Both the position numbers and the translations under genes were made by a program. Positions 36,476-51,324 of a stretch of 64,000 bases of DNA are shown in pieces. The notes beneath the pieces were generated by a model that saw only the letters and a list, made by a program, of their open reading frames with translations, ran no database searches and was not told where the DNA came from. Positions within the stretch are counted from its first letter, which is position 1. Every line of letters begins with the position of its first letter. Origin of the DNA: Stylophora pistillata (Eukaryota); NCBI RefSeq assembly GCF_002571385.2, contig NW_019217790.1, forward strand, positions 709,819-773,818, given 5' to 3'.

Positions 36476-39400
36476 ATGGCCGAGGGAGTCGACAATGATA
36501 TGAGCGAACATCAACGCGGACATGGCGCTCCGCATGGTAAGGAGGCGGTTCGCTCTTCAGAAGTAGAGGTTGCCATTTCGTCTTCAAACTCTCAAACTAG
36601 AGTTCCAACTCGGCCTCCATCAGTGGGAAATTCTACGGGACCAAATCCTGCTCACAAGAAAAAGAGTTCTTTTCAAATTACCAGTGTCACCGAAAGCAAA
36701 ATTCCCAGCCGTGGCGATAGTAATGGATACGATGGCGAACTAGATTTGAACGAAAGCGATTTAGTGGATGAAGTCGAAGTAGAGCTTGATCCTTTTGTAG
36801 ATCCTGGAACTGCAAATGGGAATGGTGGATCTAGGTTCAAAGTAGTCAAAATTCAAAGAAATGAATCTTTTGTACGCGGTAGATGGAAATGTCATGATTA
36901 TCCTGATGCGGAATCTGCCCAGAATTCTTCGGGTAGTGTTTCTGCAGCGAGTTCTACTAATATTTCTACCCATGTGTCGAAAGACAGCACGGACAAAACA
37001 GAATCTTTTTCAAGTACAAAGATTAACATTACAAGCAATTCTGTTGGAAATCACCCTACTAGTGAAACGGACTCGCATTTGTTAGATTCTCAAACTCATG
37101 GCTCTGTTGTGAAATTTACCACGCAAGTAAATGAACAAAATTCCAGTTCGAGTGAAGCGGTTGTGGCAGTCAAAAAGAAGGATTCAGAACCGAGATTAGG
37201 GGCTCCTAACGAATTTGCAAAACACAGTGATCCTTCAATAGCCAGAGTTTCATCGTCAGCTTTGGATACTTCAGACAGAGCATCGCCATCGATTGAAGGA
37301 GCGCAGCCGATCGCTGTCGCCGCCGCAAGGTAAGAGAAATTTGAATAGCGAGCTACCCGTGTGGTACAACGTGGTTTTGAAATCGATTTCAATGTCCCCA
37401 GCGATCTCTCACAAGAGATCGGGTTTAGTAATTGCCCACAGATATCTTTAGGGGGCCTTTCTTAAATGGATACATTCTCCCCGTCTTTTCACTTCAAAAA
37501 GTCCTAAATAGCAGTTTTAAAAGTTACTGACTCTCTCTGACTCAATGATTTATTGATGTTCTTTTTCCCAGACGGCTTAGTAATTTGCTCGCGGTTTACT
37601 CGTTCATAAATTCTTTGTTTGAACATTATACCTCGATCAATGCCAACCATAAGCAGTGTATCTTTTGGATCATTTTTGCGGTTCGTTAATAATCCAGACT
37701 GCAGCGATAGGGTTTTTTAGAATGAATTGACCTACTCCCTGGAAGTGCAGTAAAATGCGATTTGATTTGTAGTTTCCCTTTGTTATTTACATTTTGTATA
37801 ATTTTCACGTGAATTGAACCGAGCTATATTTTTTAATTAACAATACAAACAGCTTTAGTTTTGCTGAGAGCTTGTACATTGTTTATTTCATCGTCTTTTG
37901 CTATTTTTAGTATATTCTTGTTTGAATGACGATGTCGATGAATATTTGTACCGAATATAATTTAGGGAAACGAAAGAATTCATTCCTTCAATGTTTAACT
38001 ATCTAAACTTTTTTGTCGTGATCACTAAGAAAATTTGGTCAGCAAGAAATGTGCGGGAGAAAATCGCTTAGAACTATTCGACCCTATCGTAGTTGTGCAG
38101 GGGAAAACGCCAGTTTCCATATTCAATTACGAAATGTTTGAGCTTTGCAATTCCAAAACAGAAGAAATCAAGAGCCATAAAAAGCCGCAAATGTTTTGCA
38201 TTTGAGAAATTGCTTCATTTCAGTTTATAGGTATGATTTGTTTTATTTAAAGGTTCGTCTGTCCAGCATCTTCTTTGTTTAACAACTGTGGTTTAAAGTT
38301 TTATTTCTCGTTTTTTCCACTGAAATTGCAAGATGGGTACGCGTTATTCCAAACAGGCATTTTTCTTGCCCTTAAATGCTACATTCTATGTATTATGTCT
38401 TACACTATATTTTAATAATATCATGGAAGTAAAGTAAAACTATATTTTTCAAAGCCTTGCTGTTCAATGCATTTTTTAAGAAGATCATAATATTTTAAAG
38501 CCACATCCAGATCTCTTAGTGGGTTATTTTGCTACTTTCTTGGACTAAGTTTCTTCGTAAGAAGTTGTTATTTAACATCCCTGTGTTAAATGGGCCAGAA
38601 AAGCCAATTTTCAAAATTATATGAATAGAAACCAAATATGAAAATAATTAAAATCAGTATGAAAGTTGAAATCAATTTTTAGTTTTGTTTATCACAAAAA
38701 GGTAATTGTCTTTCCCTCCATATATAGATACCAAACCTTGCTAGCATTTCAGAGCTTTGTTTTAATTTTATTTTCATTGGTTATGTTCAATAAACTATGT
38801 TGAGCAGTATTTGGATATTTTTCATGCTGTGATTGTAACAAAGGTAATGCAGATCTGTAACAAATATAAGTCTCTCTCTTGGTTGGGTTTGAAAAGGATT
38901 ATTGCAATGAGACAAGACTTTGCCAATTGTAAGAAAGCATATTATATAGACCCACAGTAGGTCAAGGTAATTTGTTTGGCATCAAAGAGCAATATTTGGC
39001 AAAAATATCGATGGCTACTGAAAAAGGCATTTGATTACCTTTTTGTTGTTGCAGTGACTAAATATAGACTGGTGTTTCAGATATTAAGCATGCCTGTTTT
39101 ATTACTCTGTTGTATGAGTATTGGGAAAAGAAATTCAAACTTCAGTGGACACTTATAATTGCTCCCTGCCTTTTCATTTATGATCACTTTTGGTTTTATT
39201 TCAAGACACTGTGCAAGATATCAGTGGGTAAACAAAACTGAAATATGGGTTTTTTAATTCCTGACCATGCAGTCGTCACATTTCTGCTTGCATCTCCTTC
39301 ACTGCTGCTAAGCTGATTTTCTTTCATCAATTATTCAGTATGACATAAAATGATATATTAATATTATAACAAGACACAGTGTCTATCTTTGGATGTTAAC

Positions 39401-40955
39401 AGATGCTTCAAAAAGCAGATAGATGGATGTATACTAAGGAAATAGTTCCTTTTTTTGTCTTTATTTTAATAGTGATGCAAGTTTGTTCTCATTTATCTCT
39501 AATGCGACGTATCTGGACATAGTGAGTGTAGTCGAGGAAAGCTGATTTGAAAAGGATTTTAAAGAATTTGGCTTTTAAAGAGTTATCAACATTTTAGGTT
39601 TTTTGATTGAGTGCCTCATCTGTCACTCAAGCCAGCTGAGTAAAGATCCAATAATTTTTGTACAGCTTGGCCAAGGATGATGAAGTGATGTTTGTTGTTT
39701 TTACAAAAAAGTTAATAACCTAAGGCCATGAAAATATGTTAGCAAGATACATTGGACTTAAGTAATCTACCCACAAATATAATGATGAAAGGAATTTATG
39801 TCAGGCATTACTCAGCAAACGTAACATGTATGTGGATTTGTCCCTTGTATAAAAGTAACCTCCTGTGGAAAAAGCATGTTTTACTCATTGTAAGACGTAC
39901 AATTAAAATGTTGTGAAGTGGAACATGTGTATTGGTTAGAAACACACATTTGTGAAGTTTTATCATTACTTTCTTTGTTAATTATATTTTTCAAATTCAT
40001 TGAAGTCAAAAATAATGTAAATAAGAGGTGGATTTGAATAACTAAAATCACAAGCTTATTGGGCCAACTCTTATCAGTGATTCATTATGAAACATGAATT
40101 ATTTAATTACCAATAGTTTTCTGAATGTATTCTGTATATTGATGTGTCATATTCTTGTGAATTTTAATCTTTCAGTGTGGCAGACACTGAGGCTGAGTTA
40201 CCCATTGTCAATAAAATTGCCTCAGCAATGGTAGGTATTTAACATATTTCCCTCTAAATTTTTTGACGTTAGATGGAGATCTTATTCTAGACAAGGGTCT
40301 TACATCGCTTTGCCACAATTCTCACTGAAGGAGTTCTTATGATAGTTCTTTCTTATGATAGTTCTTTCTTATGATAGTTCTTTCTTATGATAGACATTGA
40401 TTGAACAGGTAGTTTTTAGGAACAGAGAGGTTCTTGAGGAGTGGTTAGGTCCTTGTTAGTTACATGGGATAATTCAGGGGACAATTTCTCTAAAGGCAAG
40501 CTCTGACTTTTTTAAAATATATGTCCTTTCATCCTTTCATCCTTTCAATGCTGTCTGTGTAACATGGCAAATTGCTGATTATTTTGTCTGCATATATTTC
40601 TGGGTCCTGTGTGGATAAGTTTAATATCTTCCTCTAATAATGCAATGTGTCTTTGTTAATAAACCCCTAACATTGTCAAATACCATTTTACATGTAAGAG
40701 CCATCAGAAACCATTAAAATTGACTGTGTTTTAGCATCTTCTATTTGCTTAAATAATGTCAGTCCAAGAAAAGGGTATTTGTTGATGAGTTTGGACTGAT
40801 ATCTTGGTAAGAGTACACTTTGCTGAAATAAATGTCTTCAACTCGGGCATGGTGATCTGTGGGCTGATCACTCCCCCTTGAAAAAAAAAAAAACCATCAG
40901 GTATTCTTTCACTTTTTAAGAGTGGTGTCCCAGATGAACTTTCCCTCTTGGGTGT

Positions 40956-40991
<36 letters not shown>

Positions 40992-41235
40992 TTTTTCCCC
41001 AGATAATAGCAAAGAGATGAAGATGTCTTTGTTCTTTAAAAGAGTAATGATTAAGCTTCATTTTGCTTTTCAGGAACAAATTACTCAGATCAAGTCAGAC
41101 CTCTTAAGTGTGGTGAATAAAGAAGTGCAGACATTAAAAGAAACAATTTCTAAACTTACTGAGGAGAATCAAGAACTTAAGCTAGAAAATGAAAAATTAC
41201 GGAACTTGTATGTAAACAGGAAAACATCTACGTGA
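36476..41235 (+). CDS. TSC22 domain family protein, long isoform (bunched/TSC22D-like), ~356 aa
   Basis: Exons 36476-37329, 40176-40230, 41074-41235 in phase. Motif 1 KKKSSFQITSV, motif 2 SRFKVVKI…RGRWKCHDY, TSC box IVNKIASAM…IKSDLLSVVNKEVQTLKETI, and a leucine zipper. Confidence 0.9.
40335..40393. repeat. 16-bp tandem repeat, about 3.5 copies
   Basis: (tcttatgatagttctt)n. Confidence 0.85.
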
Positions 41236-44200
41236 CAATAGACTCCACCTGAGACCTGCTCTTTGGACAACACCAGACTTGATAGTTATGAGGCTGAATT
41301 ACCATTTTGTAGCATCATGTTCTCTGACTGACTCCTGGAGATATATGTGGTATAGATTGTACCAAGATGTTTATTTAAGCAGTGTGCTTTTCCAAGTTGA
41401 GTTTAAGCTGATGCAAGATTCCTCCAGAATTGGATTGCCATACATCATGTCAATATGTCTGGACTGTTCAACTCCAGACTTGACATAGAATGCTGGAACT
41501 TTGATCATCAAAAGCCAAGTGAATCACAGAAATGCTAGCAATTTACAAAACAGTGTTTACTACATTGAGGAAGTTTTGGTTTCTTGAGGTCAGGTCTGAC
41601 TACCTCTGAAGAGTGAGTAACCCTTACAAAGGCTCTTCTTGGGGAAAATTATCTTTCAACTGAACTAACAGCAAAGAAGAAAGAGTTGCCTGTCCATTCA
41701 TTACTGCCTTAGTTTTGTAAAAGCTTGTATGTTACAGACTGAGAAATTCAGTAATAATTATTGAAACAGTAATTATTAGGAGTAACAGGTTTGAGAGCTG
41801 CACATCATCTGCAGCATTAAGAATTCTTGGTCATAATACTTTTGGAAAAAAATTTTTCTTTGTCTATGAACACTTTGTGGAGTGTGATAGTAATGAAAGT
41901 GGTGTGGAAAGAATAAAATATACCACAAGGAAAAAGCCTCCTGCTAAGTAACAAAACTGAAATTGGTAATTAGTCTGAGTGTGCTTTGAACAGGAAGAAG
42001 TTTAGTTTCAAAGATCATTGCTTTCTCAGCAAGAATGTTGATGTTACAAACACTTAGCTACTTTGACACTCAGAAAATGGTGAACACTGGAAATATTTTT
42101 GATTGTATTTGTGTGGCAGAGAGCAAGCCAAATTTTGGAATGTAAGAAAATTTAGTTGATGCTAAATAGTGTTTTTGTGGAATTCTGGTGTGTCCTGATC
42201 TCCATTATGACAGACTTAACACAATATATATTCCAGAAATTTATCAGGTGTTCATAGTTTTCTGAGTGTAACAGTTAGATTTGAATTTCTTTTGGACAGA
42301 TTCTTCACAAGATTTTTAAGTCAATGGTGGACTCAAGGCAATGCACTATCAACAAAACTGATATTATCTCGCAGAGTTTTTTTCAATACAACATTAATTA
42401 AAGAAGATGCATTGAAATTGATCCTGGATATGTTTAATTTGTTCAAGTTATTAAAGGCTGCTATGGCTATGAATGAACATTGTGACATCCACAGCCATGA
42501 GCTCATTGGAGTAACAGTGGTACAGAGTTCTACAATGGTTGTGATAACCTTATAAACATAGATTTATTTTTCTCTGTAAAATAGAAATTGAAAGTATTGT
42601 CCCCGGAAAAAGCTACATTATTTTGAGACAAGCTGATTTACACAGATTAAGAAGTTACAGCTACTCTAGTAACAAATTTGTATTTATTCTAATTGGAAAA
42701 TGGTAAAGCTGTTGAATTTACTTCTTAGGTAAGCTTCACCTTTTTGCTTCTCAAGTTTTCCTTTGATGTCTGTTGAGAGCAATTTCTTTGTTCTCTAGTC
42801 AAAGCATTTTCATATCTCTCTGGAGTCCTTGATACTACCAATACCACAAACAGTAACAATAAAAACAATCTTGACATTGATGTTTCAAATTGTGGTATTT
42901 CTCTTTTAAGCTATGTTAGTGCAGCATCAGAGGTTAACTCTCCAAACCCCAGAAGTGATGAACAGGTAACTTCCCTCTGTGATACCAAAACAATATATTT
43001 AAAACAGATTGTGAGAACAGACAAGTTTATCTCCTGGAAAGTGAGACCTTGATATGACACCAAAATCTCCCAACTAATTTACAAGGGCTGAAATGTATGG
43101 CAGTCATTATAAAGAATTACAATCTGCGTATTGGGGGTAAAAGGGTTAATGTGGAATCTGTTGGGTGGCTATTCCCATCAAGATTTTTTTCCATTCCTCT
43201 TCATGAATTTGCATTGGTTTTCTGCCAGATCTGTAGTACCTCTGTTAGTGACAGCTGTAATATTGTAAGTTTTTTTTTGTGAGGTTGAAGAAATTGACCA
43301 CAGAGAGGTCATCAGGCATTGCAGATCACAGAATTCTTTGGCTGAATTTTAATGGACCAAGTCCCATTTTATTCAGACATTGAGGATGTTCTCTTGTTCT
43401 AACTTTCATCAACAAAAATCTTGTGGTAGACTTCTGTCAGTTGGCATGAGATGAACATTTCATCCTGAAGGTGTTCAACCCATGTGTGGGGCACTGTGTC
43501 GATCAGTGTTTCATGGAATGTGGATGATAAACTTCATTTCCTTGATGACCCTCATTTTTGAGGGCACATAAGTCAAACTTAGGGTGAGTAGCCCAACAAA
43601 AACCACATACTTTGAAAAAGGTAGCCTACCCCTTGAAACTGCCTGACAAAATTGTCATCGTCATATGACACATGGACTAAAGTGGTACTCAGTTGACTGT
43701 GAGTCAAGAAATCTGAAAACTGGTCTTGAAAATCTTGGAAATCTAAACAAAGCTTTTTTAGTTGAGCTTTTCATGGTCTTAGTTCCAAAACTTCTCTAAT
43801 TTGGTCTTGGTATTGGCATTAAGCACTTGGTACCACACAAAAATCTCTTGTCGAATCCGGGAATTCCTGTGATAAAAGACACACACAAGGCGGTTCACCT
43901 ATAACTTTGATTCGAAATAAGTTACTTCCTGCTAAAATCACTTTCCAGACGTATATATCAAGACAGGGTGTCTAGTAAATAATCAAATTTATTCACATTA
44001 AGTATCTTTGTGAAGTTTATATTTTAGAGAGAGCTTGAGTAGTCCTCAATAGATTTACATGTTAATTTCATGATCACCATGTATTTACTACGAATTTTCT
44101 CCGCGACACTGTAAGAAAATACTACGAAATCTTATATCGATCCAACCAGAACTTATACGTGATGAAGTACAGTTGAAAAGCCAACACTTGTTTACAAAAT

Positions 44201-44372
44201 AGTCTGAATCTGTGCGATAAGAACGAATTACAATAAACAATTTAAGGAAAGTTTCGAAAAGAAATAGATTTACCACGTTCACAAGATTTCTCTAGTCAAT
44301 CCCTATCAAACATGTAATGTATAAGCAACATAGAGTAGTTCCTCTCCAGTCAAAATTTTCATGTTCTCTAAG

Positions 44373-44831
<459 letters not shown>

Positions 44832-46067
44832 CTTCAGAGGACTTTTTGATCGCGTCTACGAGGCTCAAGGTAGCTTTCAACCGCACCACAACAAAGGTAG
44901 AACGTAGAGGAAGACGAAAGATAAGCTCACAGAATGTGACGTAAGTCTTCGCCATCACGAATTCTGATTGGCTCTTGCTGAACATGTGACCCAACAGATG
45001 AATAAACACGGCTTCTTTCTTTCGAGAGATGCAACAGATTCGATATCCAGGCTCGGCGCTAGGATTTAATAATTTCGTGCCTTTTTTCCAACAGTTAGTT
45101 TACCTCTTTATTTTTATCCGAGCACGAAAGAACGATATTCTTTTATTTTTATTCATACATAAGAGATAAACTGAAGAAAATTTTCAACACACGTTTGGGC
45201 GTTTGATTGGCTAGTCAAAGAAGGCCTATCGGGGAGGGGTGGGTGGAGAAACCATTCTCAGTTTCGATAGAGATATCACTGGCGGGGTAAATGCCACAAA
45301 GTTGACGTTGTTGTTTTTGTTGTTTCTATTGTAAAATATTCCGTATAGACCAATAACCACTCATAATTTTTTTGGCTGGGCCGTTCCACTACATTAGTAT
45401 AGGCCTGCAATGCATTTAAATTCAAAAGTTGGGTTTGATTTGGGAAACCAAAAAGCTGGCAACAGGGCCAGGTTGTTTTAATGACAGATAACACTATCCA
45501 ATGGATAAATTGCTATCCAGCAGATAAGTGTTAACAAAACATTTTCAACTCCAAGTGTCACAAAAATATTTAACACTGCACTAACATTGGATTTCATTTA
45601 GAATATCAGCCATCAATTGATCACTTTCTTTTGAAAGAAAGGACACAACAACACATTCAATTTTTTTCTAATGGAAAAAACTGAACCTCGCATCAGAGAA
45701 ATTATTTCCAAAATGAATTATTGGTGAAATTCCTGTTCATCTCATTCCTATCTTCTATTAGCCTGGGAAATTTAGATGTTATCTACACAAACTTGAAATG
45801 CAATGAGCAAAAGAGCTGTAATTATTCAGTGCAAGAAACCATTACTCATATACTTCTTTTGACTCTTATTGAATTACCATGTTTCAAAGCTAGAAGTCAA
45901 CTTTTTTATTCTCAATCAATTTGTTCAATTCAGAGCTTGTTATATTGGACAAAACAAGATTGTTTACCTTTAAAGTTAAATCTAAATAGAAGAATAAATA
46001 AAGAATTTTCATATTTGCCTACTTCCTCAAATTTTAAATTTAAACCATTCATTTTTGGTCATGACCA

Positions 46068-46187
46068 AAATCAGGTTTCAGAGTAAGGACTGGAACTAAA
46101 TAAATTATTTACCCAATTGTTTACTGAAAAAATAACTTATTCAGTTCCAGTCCTAACTCGGAAACCTGATTTTGAAGTATCTGTTCC
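46068..46187. mobile_element. Small inverted insertion with 10-bp TSD
   Basis: Arms caaaatcaggtttc…ggactggaact / agttccagtcc…gaaacctgattttg; gtcatgacca at 46058-46067 and 46188-46197. Confidence 0.65.
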
Positions 46188-46344
46188 GTCATGACCATTC
46201 ACTTTCTTGAAGTTTAAAAATAATCAGAGTGATGATGAACAATACCTAATGAATATTACAGAAACCTCTATTTTGTCCCTTGGAACAATAAAAACTGAAA
46301 AAAATAAAAATTAATTAAACTGGACTGTTAGCTGTTTGATATAT

Positions 46345-49300
46345 TTACAACACACAATAAGCACGGTATATTTCCATGTCTTCTTGTCTACATTTTAAAT
46401 CAAAGGTTGTGTTTGCTGGAATAAAAAGTACAGTTCCTCGTTTCAAGAGAATATTCGAAGCAGCATTTTCCACAACACCGGAACCAGATATCAGCACAGC
46501 AATACTGGGTCCACTTAATCCTTTGATCTTGTATGAGGGACAACTTGCAGGTATCTAAAAATGACACAGTTGCACATAATTAAGCACATAAACAGTTTAG
46601 CAAAGGAATAAATTAGCGGTACTTCACAAATTCTGTGGTGTTTAAAAGATAAAGGTTTGAAAATAACATCTGGTTAGCTGCCACTTATAAGTAAGAACTA
46701 AAGCTGGCCAGTGATAATGTAGAAGTTCTAAAAACATTTTTTCCTCTTCTACAAAATGATGCCATTGACGGTGGTAAATGTACCTGAATTCTTGCAACAG
46801 CAAAGTCTGACACAGGAGGATCGTAAATTGTGACATATGAATCAGTTGGATCTTGATGACATGGGAAAATATTCTCTTCCTTAGAACCACACTTATACTC
46901 TAGCATCTCACAGAGAGTGTCAACATCCTTAAACTTTGGTGTTAGTCCAGCTCGTACAACATTATCACTGCACGCCATACATTCCATGCAGTCTGAAAAA
47001 TAAAACAAACCAATTATAAATTAAAAAATAAAAAGAAAGAAAACATATATTTTTTGTGTGATAATCATTGGTGTATGGTTATAAATGATAAATTTTGGAT
47101 CCCAAGTTGTTTTTGAAACAGAGTTACAGAAAGGGAGGAAGAGGTGAATGAATTGAATTAACGAACAAACCAATATTCAGTGAGGAAGTAAGTCACTCAA
47201 GAAATACATGTAAGCAAATTGATGAAAGACCAAATAAATTCTGAACAAAGAAAAAAGTGCTTCCATCCAGAAACAATGTCAACAATCTTATGGTGTGACA
47301 AAAACAAAGTTAACCAAAAAACACATTAGTTAATAAATGAACAAAGATAATTTAAGAATCTTGATAAATCAGAAGATTATGATCTGTTGAAACCCTTGTG
47401 ATAAGCAGGATGGTATAATCTGTGAAAAAGACATTTGTTCTAACAGACAGAGGAAGATGGTAAACTTTAAACTTGGTCATTAATTGAAAAAAAAAACGTT
47501 TTGATCAAAAGTAGAAAAATAGATTAGTTACCACCAGCTAGATATGCATGAGGCAGATTGGGACCAAGGAACATTGCTTGCCCAGGTTGAAGAATGATGT
47601 GATTAAGGAAATAAATACAAAAACAACCAACATCTCCAGGAAACTGGCTGTTCAATCTGAATAGAAGCTCCCCACACTGGTCAGAGATGTCATGGCCTGC
47701 TGATTTCCTTTCTTGGAGTTTTAACAATAGCTTATTTAGCTGCTCACTGATGGCATCTTGGTTGCTTGTCATGAGGGCAGTAAAAGCTTTCATAAGTGCT
47801 AAAGGATCTGTAGAGAAAAGATGAGAAAATCACACTACAATGGTCATTTACTTGGGTGAGTGCCCAGAGTAAATAGGTTGTTTGGATATAGCAACAAAGT
47901 TGAAATGGTAAATTGGCCACCATAACGATTACAAAAGCTGATGTTTCGAGCATTAGCCCTTCGTTGGAGCGAAGGGCTAACGCTCGAAACATCAGCTTTT
48001 GTAATCGTTACGGTGGCCAATTTACCATTTCAACTTTGTTGATATATCCAAATTATTTTGTTACCCCCACTGACGCAGCCCCAAACAGTTTCTTTCGAAA
48101 CTATCAGCCTTCATAAATAAGTTGTTGCAGCACAAAGTTTTCCTTATTGCTCTATGACCCACCCTTAAATTACACAAACTTTCTGGTTTTCTGTGACCTG
48201 TAAAAACCATGTTTTTTTTTTACTTATTTATTCATTTATTTATTGCTGCTATTCACACATCGGAAGAAAAAATACACAAGAAGAGCCAAAGCTGGGGGGT
48301 TAAATGGCCTTAGGTCAGCTAAAGATGTGAAGAAATTATAAGAGTAGACGAAAGCTTTAACTAAAATAATTACAATACAATTAAACCAAGAAATAAAAGG
48401 TCAGACAAAAAAAAAACTTACAATTGAGATACAATACTTGGCAACTAGTTAGAAAAAAGGGGTTTAGAGAATGTGCGTGGAGGAGAAAAAGTAACTATAC
48501 AAACGGCTTTCTTTTGAAGTACATAAAGGAGTTTAAGGAGAAGCATAAGTAGACATCCATACTAAACTGCCATAATTTATGTAAGGTAAGAAAAGAGAAT
48601 TATATAAGGTTTTCAAAGTATTATAAGGTAAGTATTGCCTTGACTTGCACAAGACTCCTATTACTTTAGAGACTTTATCTCAGACAGCAGAGATGTGCAG
48701 TTTCCAAGGTAAATTTTCAAGAATGACAATCCCAGGAAATTTGTCTTCCTGCACACACATGATGAGAGAATTTATTTATAAGTATGTTACTTTATATCTG
48801 AGGAGTTAATTTGTTTCTGTCAAGGGTAAAAAATGATGAATTAGCCTTGGCAGGATGAAAAGTGAGTTTGTTAGCATTAAATCAAGAAGAAACATGAGAG
48901 AGCTCTACATTGAGAATGGTTGCTAAGGTAGCCAGGTCATTATGACGAAGAAAGGTATTTGTATCATCAGCAAAGAGAATAATAGACAAGAAGTTGGAGA
49001 CATGAAAAAGATCATTAATGTATAAAAGAAAACAGCTGCAAGGTACATACATTATGCAACATGTCACACAAACCTGTGCCGGTGATCAAAGCAGTAGTGG
49101 CTTCCTGTCCAATGACAGCAGCAAGTTCTGGTATTGTCTTTACAAACTCCTGCATCTCATCAAGAGGACGAAAACCACACAGGCCTTCAAATGGGGTCAG
49201 TGCTATTTTTAACAAATTTGAGAGAATTAATGCTAAGTTAGATGAAATATCAATAAATAGCTTATAACTTCAATGAGGATATTGTTAAATCAAAAATACA

Positions 49301-51324
49301 TTGGTAAGCATGAAAAAACATGCACTAGTTTAACTCTAGGGTCTGTCTTCTTTTTGTACCAAACTCTATGTCAGCCTACCTTAGCCAGCTAACAGTAATG
49401 AATGATCAATTTGTCTTTTCCTATGAGAGAGAGCAGTCCTGAAAAGATCTGTTATCAATGACAGTGGCTTGACATTTCCACGACCTGACTAAAAGTCAGT
49501 TACCCTAACTCTGATGATTGCTTCTCCTCAAATTATTAAATCATTGGTCACTGAAGCAACAGAAACAGTTCTTTTTAAGACTAATTTTAGGCAGATGATC
49601 AGAGTTATGTAACAAACTATTCCTCCTGAGTTCAAACCATTCAGTGCATTACTAAATAAATGTAGCTCCTTACCAATTGCCATCTCTGGTTTGTGATTCG
49701 GGTCCTTGTATATTTCTGGCCTTTTATCATGAAGAAATTCTGCATGAGGTTTGTCAGGATGTGCTTGAATTGATAATGCCTTATTAATGGATAGCACTTT
49801 AAACAAGAAAGGTAATTTGTCATCAAAAGTCTCTTTAACTTTGTTTCCTAGGACATCTACATTTGCATCAATCCACTCAGATAACAGCAGTTCCTTTTCT
49901 TCCTCCAACACTTTTGATGGACCATTTGGATGTGTTCCCATCCAAAACTGTGAAAAAAAGGATTCTGAATAATGAATGCAAAGAAAAATAGCAAACAAAT
50001 TGGAGGAAAGTCACTAGCAAAACGATGTAGTTTAATTCATAAAAAATATACCTCAGAATATGGTTTATCCTCCTCAAGCTGAAATGAGGGACTGTTCAGA
50101 GCAAGCTGGGCAACTGTGCTGTTTAACCCAATCTTACCCCAGGCATAACACTGCACTGCACATTTTAATTCAACAACTGGTAATATTGTAAATAAACCAT
50201 ACATTAGTTGACAAATAATAGCAGCTTGCTGCCAACTTAAACTTGCAAATTTTTTTAAAATATGACAGCTCTCTACTCAATACATATATATTGCACACAC
50301 CCATATCATCTACATCATAGTCATCAATTTCTGGGTTGCATTACTCAAAACCTGATAAACATCTTAAAATGCTGATGAAATAACAAAGCTTGGTGCATTC
50401 AAGTGCTTTGAAAAGTAGCACTGGGCCTTTTGCACTGCGGTAAGCGAATTTATGCGTTTTAATTTAACACGTTTGATGTACACATGTACATGTTGTGATT
50501 CAGCTATAGAATCGAGGTATAGGTGTTAATAATAANNNNNNNNNNNNNNNNNNNNNNNNNNNNNNNNNNNNNNNNNNNNNNNNNNNNNNNNNNNNNNNNN
50601 NNNNNNNNNNNNNNNNNNNNNNNNNNNNNNNNNNNNNNNNNNNNNNNNNNNNNNNNNNNNNNNNNNNNNNNNNNNNNNNNNNNNNNNNNNNNNNNNNNNN
50701 NNNNNNNNNNNNNNNNNNNNNNNNNNNNNNNNNNNNNNNNNNNNNNNNNNNNNNNNNNNNNNNNNNNNNNNNNNNNNNNNNNNNNNNNNNNNNNNNNNNN
50801 NNNNNNNNNNNNNNNNNNNNNNNNNNNNNNNNNNNNNNNNNNNNNNNNNNNNNNNNNNNNNNNNNNNNNNNNNNNNNNNNNNNNNNNNNNNNNNNNNNNN
50901 NNNNNNNNNNNNNNNNNNNNNNNNNNNNNNNNNNNNNNNNNNNNNNNNNNNNNNNNNNNNNNNNNNNNNNNNNNNNNNNNNNNNNNNNNNNNNNNNNNNN
51001 NNNNNNNNNNNNNNNNNNNNNNNNNNNNNNNNNNNNNNNNNNNNNNNNNNNNNNNNNNNNNNNNNNNNNNNNNNNNNNNNNNNNNNNNNNNNNNNNNNNN
51101 NNNNNNNNNNNNNNNNNNNNNNNNNCGGGAGGTTAGCTCAATTATTATTTTTTTCTGCGTAAGTTAGATGTACACTTGATGAAGTTTTGACAGCGCTCAT
51201 TCGAAGTGACGCGTTAATAAAGTTTGAAAGTGTAAAAAAAATCGTTTCAACACTTAATTCCAAAATTTTTCATATTGTTGGTTTCTTTTGACGTACCTCG
51301 TTTGGATCGTGCTAGAGCAGCCAT
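46345..51324 (-). CDS. MPI: Mannose-6-phosphate isomerase (type I PMI), 7 exons, ~416 aa
   Basis: Exons 51324-51297, 50176-50052, 49947-49674, 49202-49074, 47807-47532, 46992-46784, 46554-46345 (1251 nt). Motifs [55 protein letters not shown]. Confidence 0.96.
47883..48113. mobile_element. Penelope-like inverted-plus-forward insertion in MPI intron, with degenerate hammerhead motifs
   Basis: Same family as 2095-2723; the inversion junction falls inside the ribozyme motif; TSD taaata(g/a)gttgtt. Confidence 0.75.
48420..49045 (-). mobile_element. Decayed LINE (CR1/L2-like) reverse-transcriptase fragment; boundaries approximate
   Basis: FLLYINDL…IILFADDTN motif in ORF 48882-49067; downstream frames are broken. 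Confidence 0.7.

Noticed and set aside
40749-41012. Poly-Gln and poly-Cys ORFs
   Set aside because: Produced by an intronic (GTT)n microsatellite.
49440-49620. Additional hammerhead ribozymes (also ~53490-53780)
   Set aside because: Only degenerate ctgatga…gaaac relics without intact stems.
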